Of a DNA stretch of 64,000 bases, positions 8,383 to 17,610 are shown in pieces. Source of the DNA: Deltaproteobacteria bacterium. GTDB taxonomy: Bacteria; Bdellovibrionota; Bdellovibrionia; Bdellovibrionales; JAMPXM01. The DNA lies in the NCBI GenBank assembly GCA_017302795.1, contig JAFLCB010000013.1, forward strand, positions 2,036 through 66,035, read 5' to 3'. A program made the translations under genes and the position numbers. The notes beneath the pieces are model-generated. The model saw only the letters and a program-made list of their open reading frames with translations. It was not told the origin of the DNA and searched no databases. How positions within the stretch are numbered: position 1 is the first letter of the stretch; each line of letters starts with the position of its first letter.

Positions 8383-9076
8383 GTAGTGAGTCGAGTTCTT
8401 TCATGCAGCGAAAAATAATTTTTCGCGCCTCCGGAAGGTCAATCGGGTCCATCGGAATTGTCAGTCCCATAGAACTTTGAATTTCAACGGGATTTATGGC
8501 CAGTGACTCGATCTGCTTTTCAAGATTTTGTTTTTGCACACGTAGAATTGAGTCCTTGGATTGCACGTTACCGAGTGTCGTTGTCTTGCTGGTTCGGACT
8601 TTGAGGTTGCCGTTGCGGGTGACCGATAAAAAACCAAGTTCAATGAGCTTTGCGAGAGCCGCCACCACCGTCACTTCTTCGAGTTTCAAAGCATGCGCGA
8701 TCCATTGCGGCGCCGGCTCAAAGCCTTCGATGAGGAAAAGTTCGAGGATTGCATTGTAGTACCACGCATCCAGTTGATGGGCTTGTTGCGAGTCCAAGCT
8801 CGTATAGCTACCGGGGTCTTTTTGCAGAGCCTGGAGGGCCGTAGTCATTTGCTCTTTGGACCATTTCAAGGTGCTGCCAATGCGCGCCACGTTTCGTGTT
8901 GAAAAACGCCTTCGGCCCGAAATCAATTCAGAAACCGCAGAATGACTTATACCAAGCGCCTTTGCAAACGCGCGAAGTGAGTACTTGGGATTTTTTCGCA
9001 TGCGTCGATTAAATTCTTTTTTAAGTATGAGGCGCAGATCGATGTCGGGTAAAAAGGCGATCGGGTTCGTTTCCAT
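8285..9076 (-). CDS. TIGR02147/DUF4423-like HTH protein
   Basis: 'KYSLRAFAKALGISHSAVSELISGRRRFS' HTH near the N-terminus. AAGGTG RBS lies before the ATG at 9076. Family assignment is from memory of this motif in Bdellovibrio and Fibrobacter paralogs. Confidence 0.55.
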   Translation of the reverse strand: METNPIAFLPDIDLRLILKKEFNRRMRKNPKYSLRAFAKALGISHSAVSELISGRRRFSTRNVARIGSTLKWSKEQMTTALQALQKDPGSYTSLDSQQAHQLDAWYYNAILELFLIEGFEPAPQWIAHALKLEEVTVVAALAKLIELGFLSVTRNGNLKVRTSKTTTLGNVQSKDSILRVQKQNLEKQIESLAINPVEIQSSMGLTIPMDPIDLPEARKIIFRCMKELDSLLNRKGARRTEVYRLQLGLFPLTDLHRSTLPVR

Positions 9077-9222
9077 GCCGTGCACCTTAGTTCGAGCTAT
9101 GTGGCAAAGCAAGTTTTGCAGGTACGGGATTTTAAAGTGGTCCAATTGGTTTGGACCACTTTGAGGTCGTCAATTTACCAATCGCATTGAGAGTTTTTGC
9201 CAGAGGCCTGTAGCATTGGCCC

Positions 9223-10065
9223 ATGAATCCAATCAAGGTTTTTCATATAATACTCTGTGAGACGTTGAATAAAAAGGAGCGTGAGCGTGTTCCTGAGCCG
9301 GCACTGGTAATGTCCGACCAAGAGCATGTCGAAGCGTTTGCTGCAGGTAGCGACGAGGTGTTAGTTCCGCTTTACTGTCTACATCTTGAAAAATTGGCGA
9401 ATCGGCTAAAACCGGGAGATCGCGTATTGGATCTCGGTTGTGGTTCAGGCCGGTTGCTCACGCGCGCCGCTTCGTTTTTTAAAGATGTTGAGTTCATCGG
9501 ACTCGATCTGTCCGAACCGATGTTGCAATCAGCTCGCCTTTGGTCAGCACAGAATGGTGTTAGTAACGTGAGCTGGCAGAAAGGGGACATGGCAAACCTT
9601 GGTCAATTTACGGATTCCTCATTTGACGCCGTGACCTCTAGTTTGGCACTTCATCATTTGCCAGACGTAAGCGCTCTTAAATTGGCAATGGGTGAAATCG
9701 ATCGGGTGCTCAAACCAAAAGGTGCGATCATTCTTTCTGATCTTGGATCCATTCATGCAGAGAGATCGATTCAAATTTTAACTGATGATCGACGCCACCT
9801 TGATCCGGCACCACTGATCGAGGATTATGAGAATTCGTTGCGCGCGGCCTTTTCAATGCGTGATTGGCGCTTCGCCATGGCGAGTGTTTCAAAAACGGAT
9901 CTGCAGGCCCATCGGTCGCGGCCTTTGAATTTATTTGTGCAGATCGTCTCACCGGTTTTGGCCACTCATGCGGATGCTTTTTCGAGTCTCAAGCAATGGC
10001 GCAAGGCACTCAACCTCGAACAAAAATGGAATCACCGACTGCTGAAGACCTTTCAATCTGTTTGA
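9223..10065 (+). CDS. Class I SAM-dependent methyltransferase
   Basis: Motif I 'VLDLGCGSGRL', then 'FDAVTSSLALHHL' and 'LKPKGAIILSD'. Confidence 0.85.
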   Translation: MNPIKVFHIILCETLNKKERERVPEPALVMSDQEHVEAFAAGSDEVLVPLYCLHLEKLANRLKPGDRVLDLGCGSGRLLTRAASFFKDVEFIGLDLSEPMLQSARLWSAQNGVSNVSWQKGDMANLGQFTDSSFDAVTSSLALHHLPDVSALKLAMGEIDRVLKPKGAIILSDLGSIHAERSIQILTDDRRHLDPAPLIEDYENSLRAAFSMRDWRFAMASVSKTDLQAHRSRPLNLFVQIVSPVLATHADAFSSLKQWRKALNLEQKWNHRLLKTFQSV

Positions 10066-10125
10066 AAGAGAATATTATCGGAAAACAACAAGAACCAGTT
10101 GATTGGCGCCTCTATTCTACCATCC

Positions 10126-11238
10126 ATGAATCAGATTGAATCTTGGTTGAACGATGCACGATGGGCACCCTCAGCGGCCAACAATCAGCCTTGGCAAGTC
10201 GATGCCGAAGATCGAGGTCACGAAATAGCGTTGCAGCTTCGATTGACCGACTCAGCGATTGCGAAAAAAAGTGTAATGGATCCGATCGGTGGGGCAGCGT
10301 TGTTGGCCCTTGGGACTTTGGCTGAAACCATTGTCGTGTTAGCGCAAAGAGATGGCTATGTTTTGAAATCGATCCAGTCGCAGAATAAAGGGGACGATCT
10401 TTGGACAACGACGACACAAATGGTATTCTTGCGTGCAGCCGAAGGTCATCAATCTTTAGATAGCAAGCAACAGAAAGTGGCGGCAGAACTCGCAATTCAA
10501 GTTCCTTTGCGGCGCACGCATCGAGAACCGTTGAGTCGAAACGAACTCACCGAACGCCATTTACGGATTCCGTACGTCCTTAACAGTGATGGCTTACTCA
10601 AGGTTTGCGATTTCGGATTCAATCGATTAAAGTGGGCCAACCAGTTTTCACCTCTTGAAAAAATTCGATTCGACAATCGAGACCTTTTTCATGCCCTGCT
10701 GGAAGATATTCAAGAACGTGATTCGCAAGAAAAAACGGGTCTGCCGCAGAACACTTTGGGAGCCTCAAGACTTGGCTGTCTTATTCTCTCAAAGCTTAAA
10801 GCGCTCGGCCCGCGGCATGCGTGGTTCCTGACAATGTGTCGATGGGCCCTATGTCGAACATTTGTTGTCGAAAGTCTGTTGCAGCCTGTTCAAAACTGCA
10901 GCCATGTTTACTTTATTTCGGCTCGCGGCCATTTATCCCAGGATTGGATTCACCTTGGACGTTTTTTGCAGCGAGTATGGTTAGAGTTCAGCGCGGTCGG
11001 TATTGGCCTTCATCCAATGGCCACGTCACTTCTCGCCTATTCGGCGATCGGTAACTCGCGGGGTTCCGCGCTTACAAAAAATGAACGGGACCTCGTTATA
11101 AAAATCAATCAAGACATGATTGAAAATTTTAATTTGGACTTAAGCCAGCCAGGCATTTTTCTGCGAGTTGGCTATATTAAAACAGGGGCTCCAGCTTCGC
11201 CTCGCCAGCCGATTCCATTTTCACTTATTCACGCATGA
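10126..11238 (+). CDS. Nitroreductase-family (Acg-like, two-lobed) protein
   Basis: 'ARWAPSAANNQPWQV' motif. About 370 aa, longer than classical nitroreductases. Paralogous to the edge ORF at 1-757. Alternative TTG start at 10099. Confidence 0.75.
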   Translation: MNQIESWLNDARWAPSAANNQPWQVDAEDRGHEIALQLRLTDSAIAKKSVMDPIGGAALLALGTLAETIVVLAQRDGYVLKSIQSQNKGDDLWTTTTQMVFLRAAEGHQSLDSKQQKVAAELAIQVPLRRTHREPLSRNELTERHLRIPYVLNSDGLLKVCDFGFNRLKWANQFSPLEKIRFDNRDLFHALLEDIQERDSQEKTGLPQNTLGASRLGCLILSKLKALGPRHAWFLTMCRWALCRTFVVESLLQPVQNCSHVYFISARGHLSQDWIHLGRFLQRVWLEFSAVGIGLHPMATSLLAYSAIGNSRGSALTKNERDLVIKINQDMIENFNLDLSQPGIFLRVGYIKTGAPASPRQPIPFSLIHA

Positions 11239-11926
11239 AAGTCATCTGCACCAGGCCCGATTCAGTATCGCAAATATCTTGGTTTTCAAAAACCAAATCG
11301 AGGCGATTGCCGGTCACCTGGTAATGGTATTTGACACTCGTTTCACGATCGAGGCGGCCACCTGCGAAATCCAGGAACAGGTCGCGAGCTAGCTTCGGAT
11401 CGCATGCCTTGATTTTTCTATCGTTGGGGTAATTACCAATCATGCTAAGATTCGAAAGCACACCGGGTTCGATCTCTCCCAGTTGTGCGACCTGATTTTT
11501 TGACAGCACATTTTGGTCAAATTCGTAAATAACCTCAAAGATCTCGCGCGTGTCGGTTCGACCATTTTCATCGGTCTTGTTGCATTTTGGCATCGTCACT
11601 CGCTTGGATACTTTCTTTGTCGCATCTAGCACCAGACGAATTTCGTATTCGTCCTCGGTCGGAAGAATTTTGGCCTTTTTTGCAGCTTTGTTATAGAGGT
11701 TTGAGCCGAGGCAAACAGTATTTGGTGAATCCTTGGAGTAGCGCAGAACCCACGACCAGCAGGGCTGATTTTTGGCACACTCGGGGCTGAATAGCGCACT
11801 GGTCCCATCACCATTCGCGGTGCTGTCAGCGCTATTGGCAGTGGCCATGGCTACACTATTCGCCCCGCCCAAGCCTGTCAGCAGTGTGAAAATCAAAAGC
11901 CATCCACGCATTTTATAGCATTGCAT
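11225..11926 (-). CDS. Secreted hypothetical protein
   Basis: GGAGAGGG RBS before the ATG at 11926. Signal peptide 'MRGWLLIFTLLTGLGGANSVAMA'. No recognisable domain. Confidence 0.5.
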   Translation of the reverse strand: MQCYKMRGWLLIFTLLTGLGGANSVAMATANSADSTANGDGTSALFSPECAKNQPCWSWVLRYSKDSPNTVCLGSNLYNKAAKKAKILPTEDEYEIRLVLDATKKVSKRVTMPKCNKTDENGRTDTREIFEVIYEFDQNVLSKNQVAQLGEIEPGVLSNLSMIGNYPNDRKIKACDPKLARDLFLDFAGGRLDRETSVKYHYQVTGNRLDLVFENQDICDTESGLVQMTFMRE

Positions 11927-11991
11927 TTTAAAACCCTCTCCATGTGTCAGAGCCATTGAGAGACATTGGAGAGCAAGTCCTAAGCCAGAAT

Positions 11992-12807
11992 TCAGAGCGA
12001 GATTTCTGCCCGAACTTTAGACGATTTGGCGGCTTGTTTTCGGCCAAAAACCCGAAAATGCCCTGGCTGCAATCCGGTGTAGCGCGTGAATAGTGTGTAG
12101 AAGTTTTTGAGGCTGTTAAAACCCATTTCTTGTGCGACATCGCTGACCTTCGGGCTATCGATAATCAGTGTCCAAATTGACTGAAACAGTCGCAGCTGGG
12201 TTCGGTAATCCACAGGAACCATGCCGAATGTTTGTTTAAAATATCGAGTCATGACGTCCGGATGAATTCCCAGTTCGTTGGCGTACTCTTGCAGTGTCTT
12301 TTCGCTTAAAAACTCTTCATCAATCGCGCGCTTCAGACGAAGTGAGTAGGGGTTTGAATCTTCACGTTTTTCAAAATCAATGAAGGGCGGTGGCACTTGA
12401 TTTTCAAGGGTGAGCTTCGCTTGCATTATTTTTTCAACGTCCGTAAACGTGCTCGGCACTTCGGCGCTTCCAAGGTCGAAGGCAATGGCACGCCCAGACC
12501 AATGTTCTGGATAGGGCCGGCGAAACAAAAGCGCCTGCCAAGTCAATTCAAAAGGTCGCAGCAGAACCCATTCAACGATGCTTCCCGGAGGAGTCAACAT
12601 CGCCTTCCTCCCTTCTAGTATGCAGAGGCCATCGCGAGTCTGCACGCCGATGGTGTTTGGTGGAAAATCGGAATAGGCGAGGGCCCAAACTTTCCCAAAG
12701 GTATCGAAGATATGCCGAGGCTCAAAGTTGCGCTGGTGACGGGTCATAATTAATGTGCCGTCATCGGCTAGGCGATATTCTGAGTCGGATGTCGGTGTTT
12801 TCATCAT
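11992..12807 (-). CDS. AraC-family transcriptional regulator (paralog 4)
   Basis: 'YANELGIHPDVMTRYFKQTFGMVPVDYRTQLRLFQSIWTL...GFNSLKNFYTLFTRYTGLQPGHF'. The start codon directly abuts the ppc stop (TAGATG). Confidence 0.85.
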   Translation of the reverse strand: MMKTPTSDSEYRLADDGTLIMTRHQRNFEPRHIFDTFGKVWALAYSDFPPNTIGVQTRDGLCILEGRKAMLTPPGSIVEWVLLRPFELTWQALLFRRPYPEHWSGRAIAFDLGSAEVPSTFTDVEKIMQAKLTLENQVPPPFIDFEKREDSNPYSLRLKRAIDEEFLSEKTLQEYANELGIHPDVMTRYFKQTFGMVPVDYRTQLRLFQSIWTLIIDSPKVSDVAQEMGFNSLKNFYTLFTRYTGLQPGHFRVFGRKQAAKSSKVRAEISL

Positions 12808-15159
12808 CTATCCCGTGACCATCATGCCGCTCGAGATTCCCGTGGTCGTAGATCTAAACAGCACCGGATCTTTTTCTCGCAATGCGATCACTTGCAGCAG
12901 ATTCAGCGGATGGATCATTGTCGAGCGCAGCCGTATGCTGGCCCCAAGCCATGGTTTGAACCAATCCTTTTGTTCTTCATTCGCCGTGACAAAGCGCACG
13001 AGTTCTTCTACCAAGGCAAGCTCCTGGGTGAAAGCCTGATAGAATTTTTCGTAAAGTTCCTTAGGAAGACCTGAACTCTCCAGGTACATTCGCCAAATCG
13101 GCAGCTCAATCTTTGCGAGCGTGAAAGCCAGTGCCTTCACAAAACTGCGAAAGACTGGTTCTTCGGTGAAGTCCCGCTGCAGCGCCTTTTTTTCGTCCTG
13201 GCTTAGGTTTCGCCAAGCCGTGCCCACGCCTGACCATGTCTGAAACATCACGCGAACCTGCGTCCAGCAGAGCACCCAGGGGATGGCGCGTAAACCCGCT
13301 ACCGAGATCTCGGTGCTTCGCCGTGTGGGGCGGGAACCGATTTTGAGCACTGCGAGATGATCATAAGGAGTGGCATCCCCAACCAAGCGAAGAAAATCTG
13401 GGTCATGGACCATTTCGCGATAGGCCATCGAGGAAAGTTCAGCGAGGCGAAACAGCGCTGCCGATGCCGGAGCATGGGGCGTCAGCTCAAGTCCTTCTCC
13501 GGCCGAGTTCGCAATTCGCTCGATCTGGCCTCGCGCGATGGAAGCGCTCGATAGTGAGCGCTCGACCATTTCACCTTGCACAGTGACTTTGTAGGTTCGC
13601 AGTGCGCTTTTGGGCCACCAGGCAAGCTGATCGGCGACACTTCCGCCACCGCGTTCAACCGATCCACCCGAGCCCTGAAAAAAGACCGGCTGCAGGCCGT
13701 GTTTCTTGCATTCTTTTTCGAGCGCGTGCATGGCGCAGGCAATAGCCAATCGGCTAGCAAGGACACCACCTTGTTTCGCTGAATCAGAATATCCCACCAT
13801 GATTTCAATTAGTCCCTGTGAGGGTCCAGCGACGCATTTTTTAAGTCGGGGGTGCTTGACCAGTTCTCGGATAATCGAGACAGATTGAGCCAGGCTATCG
13901 GTTGTTTCAAACAAAGGGATTACAGGCAAAGTCGCAGTACCGAAGGCAGCGCGTACCATTTCTTCCGCCCGCGCGAGGTGATCGACACTTTCGGTCATAC
14001 TGACAATGAATCCGCGCGCGTACCAAAGTGGATTGCCTCCGCGCGCGAACGTGGCCAGTCGCGCCAGCATTCGGGCGATCGCACGGGGATCGCTCTTACC
14101 CTGACTTTTCTCTGACATCAGAACATCGCTTGATTCGCGCAGTTCAAGTGGCACCACCAGGCCCGGGAAAACATGGAACAGGCGTTTTCCTTCTAAAAGC
14201 GAAGGGTGCAAGGCGTGAATCTTCTTTTCATAGGCCGAGCAAAGTTTGTGAAACAGGGCCTTGGCACGGGTCAACTTTGCCCCATCGCCGGGGCCGATTT
14301 TCTTTAACGACAGGAGGCTTGCCCTGGTCGCCACGGTTTCTTTTCTCAGGATTCGCCCCGGCAGAAGGTGCAGCGTATCCTCGACATCGGCGAGATTTGT
14401 CAGGGCGTGGCGCAGCAAGGACTCCCGGGAAAGTTGCAGGCTTTCTTGCATGGCCTTTTCATCGACACCGGGATGGCCATCCTTGTCGCCTCCAACCCAG
14501 GTGCGCAGGTAAACGGGAACCACTTCGCCGCTTGCTGCCAGAAGGCTGCGAAGTATTTCGGGCCGAAGCGCCATCTGGTAAATATGATCCGCCTCATCCT
14601 TGACTCGTGGCGATCTTTCGCGTGTGGAGTTGGCTCGCCAAGCAAGTTCGAGTTCGTGCAGAAGCTGGTCGCGCCAGACCTCAACCGGTGTTTCTCGCTT
14701 GAGAATTTCGGTCAAGAGGCTCTGGATGCGTTGGAAGACTTTGATATTCTCAGGCGACCGCGCTTCGGTTGGATGTGCGGTCAAAACATAAACCACCGAA
14801 TCAGGGCTGATCTTGCGTTTCTTTCCAATTTTCGCTCCTTCCAGTCGGAAGGCGCGATAGGCGTTCTCGCAGGCATTCATCAAAATCAGCATTAAAGTAA
14901 AGGCTCGTGCCACCTCGCGACGGGAACCTTTGCTAAGTCCGCGTAATCCAGAAAGCCGGCGGCGTAGTTCCGCTAAGGTTTCATGCTGGCTTTTGCCGCG
15001 AAGGCCGACCATCGACTCGCGCAGATCTTCAACGATAAGAAACAGCGGTCGTCCCGCTTCACGTTCAATGACCTGTCCCAGAAGTGCGACGCTCTCTCGC
15101 ACCAGTAGCCGAAGGTTCTGAGGTAGCTCATTTTCAGTTGGTTGAGTTCTATCGTTCAT
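12808..15159 (-). CDS. ppc: Phosphoenolpyruvate carboxylase
   Basis: PEPC signatures 'VLTAHPTE' and 'VGYSDSAKQGG'. C-terminal '...GMMVTG'. AAGGA RBS before the ATG at 15159. Confidence 0.95.
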   Translation of the reverse strand: MNDRTQPTENELPQNLRLLVRESVALLGQVIEREAGRPLFLIVEDLRESMVGLRGKSQHETLAELRRRLSGLRGLSKGSRREVARAFTLMLILMNACENAYRAFRLEGAKIGKKRKISPDSVVYVLTAHPTEARSPENIKVFQRIQSLLTEILKRETPVEVWRDQLLHELELAWRANSTRERSPRVKDEADHIYQMALRPEILRSLLAASGEVVPVYLRTWVGGDKDGHPGVDEKAMQESLQLSRESLLRHALTNLADVEDTLHLLPGRILRKETVATRASLLSLKKIGPGDGAKLTRAKALFHKLCSAYEKKIHALHPSLLEGKRLFHVFPGLVVPLELRESSDVLMSEKSQGKSDPRAIARMLARLATFARGGNPLWYARGFIVSMTESVDHLARAEEMVRAAFGTATLPVIPLFETTDSLAQSVSIIRELVKHPRLKKCVAGPSQGLIEIMVGYSDSAKQGGVLASRLAIACAMHALEKECKKHGLQPVFFQGSGGSVERGGGSVADQLAWWPKSALRTYKVTVQGEMVERSLSSASIARGQIERIANSAGEGLELTPHAPASAALFRLAELSSMAYREMVHDPDFLRLVGDATPYDHLAVLKIGSRPTRRSTEISVAGLRAIPWVLCWTQVRVMFQTWSGVGTAWRNLSQDEKKALQRDFTEEPVFRSFVKALAFTLAKIELPIWRMYLESSGLPKELYEKFYQAFTQELALVEELVRFVTANEEQKDWFKPWLGASIRLRSTMIHPLNLLQVIALREKDPVLFRSTTTGISSGMMVTG

Positions 15160-15192
15160 GACGTTCCTTTGGAACAATATCTGAATTGAGTC

Positions 15193-15226
15193 AACGTTTG
15201 CAGCGGACTAACGTTTGCAGCGGACT
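15193..15226. repeat. Perfect 17-bp tandem direct repeat (AACGTTTGCAGCGGACT x2) 34-67 nt upstream of the ppc start
   Basis: 15193-15209 and 15210-15226 are identical when read directly. A TTGACT hexamer (minus strand) lies immediately promoter-proximal. Confidence 0.9.
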
Positions 15227-15253
15227 TCAGTCAACCGCTGGGTGACGGCATGA

Positions 15254-15355
15254 CAAAAGAGATTGGTTCACGCCTTTAAGAAAAAGACTCAGAAAACGCC
15301 ATCGGGCGATCTGGAAATTGCCGAAAAACGAATGAAAGAGGTTCTGGGATCATGA
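15254..15355 (+). pseudogene. 3' stub of a HigB/Gp49 (RelE/ParE-superfamily) toxin gene
   Basis: A 33-codon open frame 'QKRLVHAFKKKTQKTPSGDLEIAEKRMKEVLGS*' matches the typical C-terminus of Gp49/HigB-type toxins. Its stop overlaps the antitoxin ATG (ATGA). An in-frame TGA lies at 15251, and ppc begins only about 95 nt upstream, so the N-terminal two thirds are missing. Confidence 0.55.
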
Positions 15356-15663
15356 AAACCAAAAAGCACTTCAGATCAGCGAAGCCCTTCTTTCAAAAGC
15401 TCTTGAAAGACCAAGAAGTTCGCATCCAATTCGAAGAGGAAAAATCCAAGACCGAAATTGCTCAAGCCGTTCGAACCGCCCGCATGAAAGCGGATCTCAC
15501 GCAGGCGCAGCTCGCGAAACGGATCGGAACTACGCAAAGTGTGATCGCGCGTCTTGAGGGCGGAACTGACAAAAGAACCCCATCAATCCCGCTACTGGCT
15601 CGTATTGCCGCTGCATGCGGCGCACATTTTGAATTTGGTTTTTTCTATTCGAAGGTTGTCTGA
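15352..15663 (+). CDS. XRE-family HTH protein (HigA-like antitoxin)
   Basis: 'LTQAQLAKRIGTTQSVIARLEGG' HTH. About 100 aa. Placed in the antitoxin position relative to the toxin stub. Confidence 0.8.
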   Translation: MKTKKHFRSAKPFFQKLLKDQEVRIQFEEEKSKTEIAQAVRTARMKADLTQAQLAKRIGTTQSVIARLEGGTDKRTPSIPLLARIAAACGAHFEFGFFYSKVV

Positions 15664-15888
15664 GCCAGCTCCTGAAGTCGCCTGGGTTTCCGTCGCGGTC
15701 GAAACTGGCTAATGCGAAGCCATTGCCGGTCAAACCGCTAAGCAAGGATATTGAGCCCGTGACGTGGCCGCCAGCTAAACGACGGCCCGATCGAGGCCCG
15801 AAAGTCAGCGAAAAACTATTCGAGCCGTGCCTTGAATCTGAGTGTTCTTGAGGTGTCGAGTTCTGACGCACGTAGGAAATATATTCTT

Positions 15889-16311
15889 TCAACAATCATG
15901 CGTAAACTGCGCGTTCGCCGGCAACGAATTCACTTGGCATTTGATCTTTAATTCAGCGCTTCTATCTTTTTTCGTCGGGTCGGCGAACATAATCGACACG
16001 CTGCTGCCGTCAGGATGCGCAACCACGTAAACGGTTAAGTTTAGTTGCGTTCCTGCAGGCAGCCCTCGCGCCGTGCGCCCTTCACATGTGATTAAAGAGT
16101 CCTGGCTTGTGACTTCAAAACTCGGAACTCCAAACTTTAGGAGCGCTCGATCATAAGCACCTTCAGCTGAGAGTTCACGAACGACCGTCGCTCCCGTGAT
16201 CGGAAAGGCAGGATGTGTTGTTCCAGCGAACACGACATCATGCATTCCTGCTTCCGTTGCGAAAGCGAGACTCGGGATCATGAGCGCGAACGTGAGTAGA
16301 ATGAACTTCAT
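15889..16311 (-). CDS. Secreted hypothetical protein
   Basis: Signal peptide 'MKFILLTFALMIPSLAFA'. No recognisable domain. Confidence 0.45.
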   Translation of the reverse strand: MKFILLTFALMIPSLAFATEAGMHDVVFAGTTHPAFPITGATVVRELSAEGAYDRALLKFGVPSFEVTSQDSLITCEGRTARGLPAGTQLNLTVYVVAHPDGSSVSIMFADPTKKDRSAELKIKCQVNSLPANAQFTHDC

Positions 16312-16647
16312 TGGGACTCCTCATAAGGCCAGCGGGAGATAGAGCTAAATTGCCTGTCGAGCTCAGTTTTCATGACGATTCAAGTTATCGTGTTTGGAGC
16401 CACTTTTCCAGTGTACGCATTTTTCGCGGCAAATCTTTCTAAGCTGTCAAAAAGGATTGTCATTCGTGACGGCTGCTAACGTTCGTCTTTCGACTCCGCA
16501 CCTCTGTAGGCTGAGCGTATCGGCTACGGAGTCGTTCGAGAATTTCTAATACATCCCATGGGACAGAGAGAGCTGATCAATAAACCAAACACTTCCGATG
16601 CGCTATTCGATTATTTCGGATATGCCTTCATCACCGTTTGTTACAGA

Positions 16648-17610
16648 TTACATCCGCCGGCGAAACGCCTCGATCTTTTCCCGACCAAATACCCGTTCAG
16701 CGACTAATAGATTGTGCGTGCGACAAAGGACTCTGAGGTTATCAGGCACATTTGTTCCACCGAGCGCTCGAGGCTGAATGTGATCGATCTCTAGAAAATG
16801 GCGGCTCTCACATCGATGACCCATCTTTGTTTCACGATATTCGCACTGACCACCGGATTTTCTCAGCACGGCGTTTCGTATCGATGGCGTTAATGACTTT
16901 GCGGGTTGGACATCAGGCACGTCCGCTTCCGCAGCGGTGTCGCATAGCGCCGCACGCGGCTTCACGGCTTTTCTGAGTGGATCTTTTTTCTCAAGAAAAA
17001 CATCCATCGCGGCATCTAAAAATTCAGCGTGCGATGAGCCGCGGTGCGTGTGCGAAAGTAGCTCTTGAATTCGTTTTAGCTTTTCGAATTGCACTCGTGT
17101 GAAAGTCACCTGCACGCTGACTTGATCTTCGCTGATCGCGCGAACCTTTTCTTTAGGAGCTAATCCGTCTGGAAATTGCGAGGCCACCTCGGGAAAGTGC
17201 TGAGCCAATCGATGTTCGGCTTCGCGGCCTGAACATGATTCTACTTTTGTCAAAATTTCGGATTTTTCTTGGATGGACATTTTCTGGCCAGTGCGTTTTT
17301 CGTCGGCTCGAATAAAAGTTTGAACTTTTGAAAGCACGGTAAGACCGAGCGCTCCCGACTCTAATTTGCCGGCCGCCTCCGGAACCGCCAGCAAAACTCT
17401 CGCGGCTTGCATCCTGCGATAGGCAGCCGATTCGCTATAGCTTAGGTCTTTGACTAACCAATCAAAGATCGAAGAGAAACCAAGATCGGCATAAAGTCTG
17501 CGCCTGGCGACTTCATTGATATGATCTAAAATCTCTCGAGTGATTCGCCGTTCTTCTTTCACAAGCAAGCGAACGGACGTGATTAAATTATCGTTTGAAA
17601 GTGCAAGCAT
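16648..17610 (-). CDS. HNH endonuclease (DUF222-like N-terminal region)
   Basis: 'CEYRETKMGHRCESRHFLEIDHIQPRALGGTNVPDNLRVLCRTHN' HNH motif. AGGGAGG RBS before the ATG at 17610. Confidence 0.85.
   Translation of the reverse strand: MLALSNDNLITSVRLLVKEERRITREILDHINEVARRRLYADLGFSSIFDWLVKDLSYSESAAYRRMQAARVLLAVPEAAGKLESGALGLTVLSKVQTFIRADEKRTGQKMSIQEKSEILTKVESCSGREAEHRLAQHFPEVASQFPDGLAPKEKVRAISEDQVSVQVTFTRVQFEKLKRIQELLSHTHRGSSHAEFLDAAMDVFLEKKDPLRKAVKPRAALCDTAAEADVPDVQPAKSLTPSIRNAVLRKSGGQCEYRETKMGHRCESRHFLEIDHIQPRALGGTNVPDNLRVLCRTHNLLVAERVFGREKIEAFRRRM

Noticed and set aside
13357-14895. Multiple plus-strand ORFs inside ppc (for example 14028-14603 and 14368-14895), and similar antisense ORFs inside queA (22086-22697), recG (46501-46917), secD and the protease gene.
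   Set aside because: All are antisense to, or out of frame with, strongly supported housekeeping genes. Their composition is Arg/Pro/Ser-rich and typical of spurious frames.
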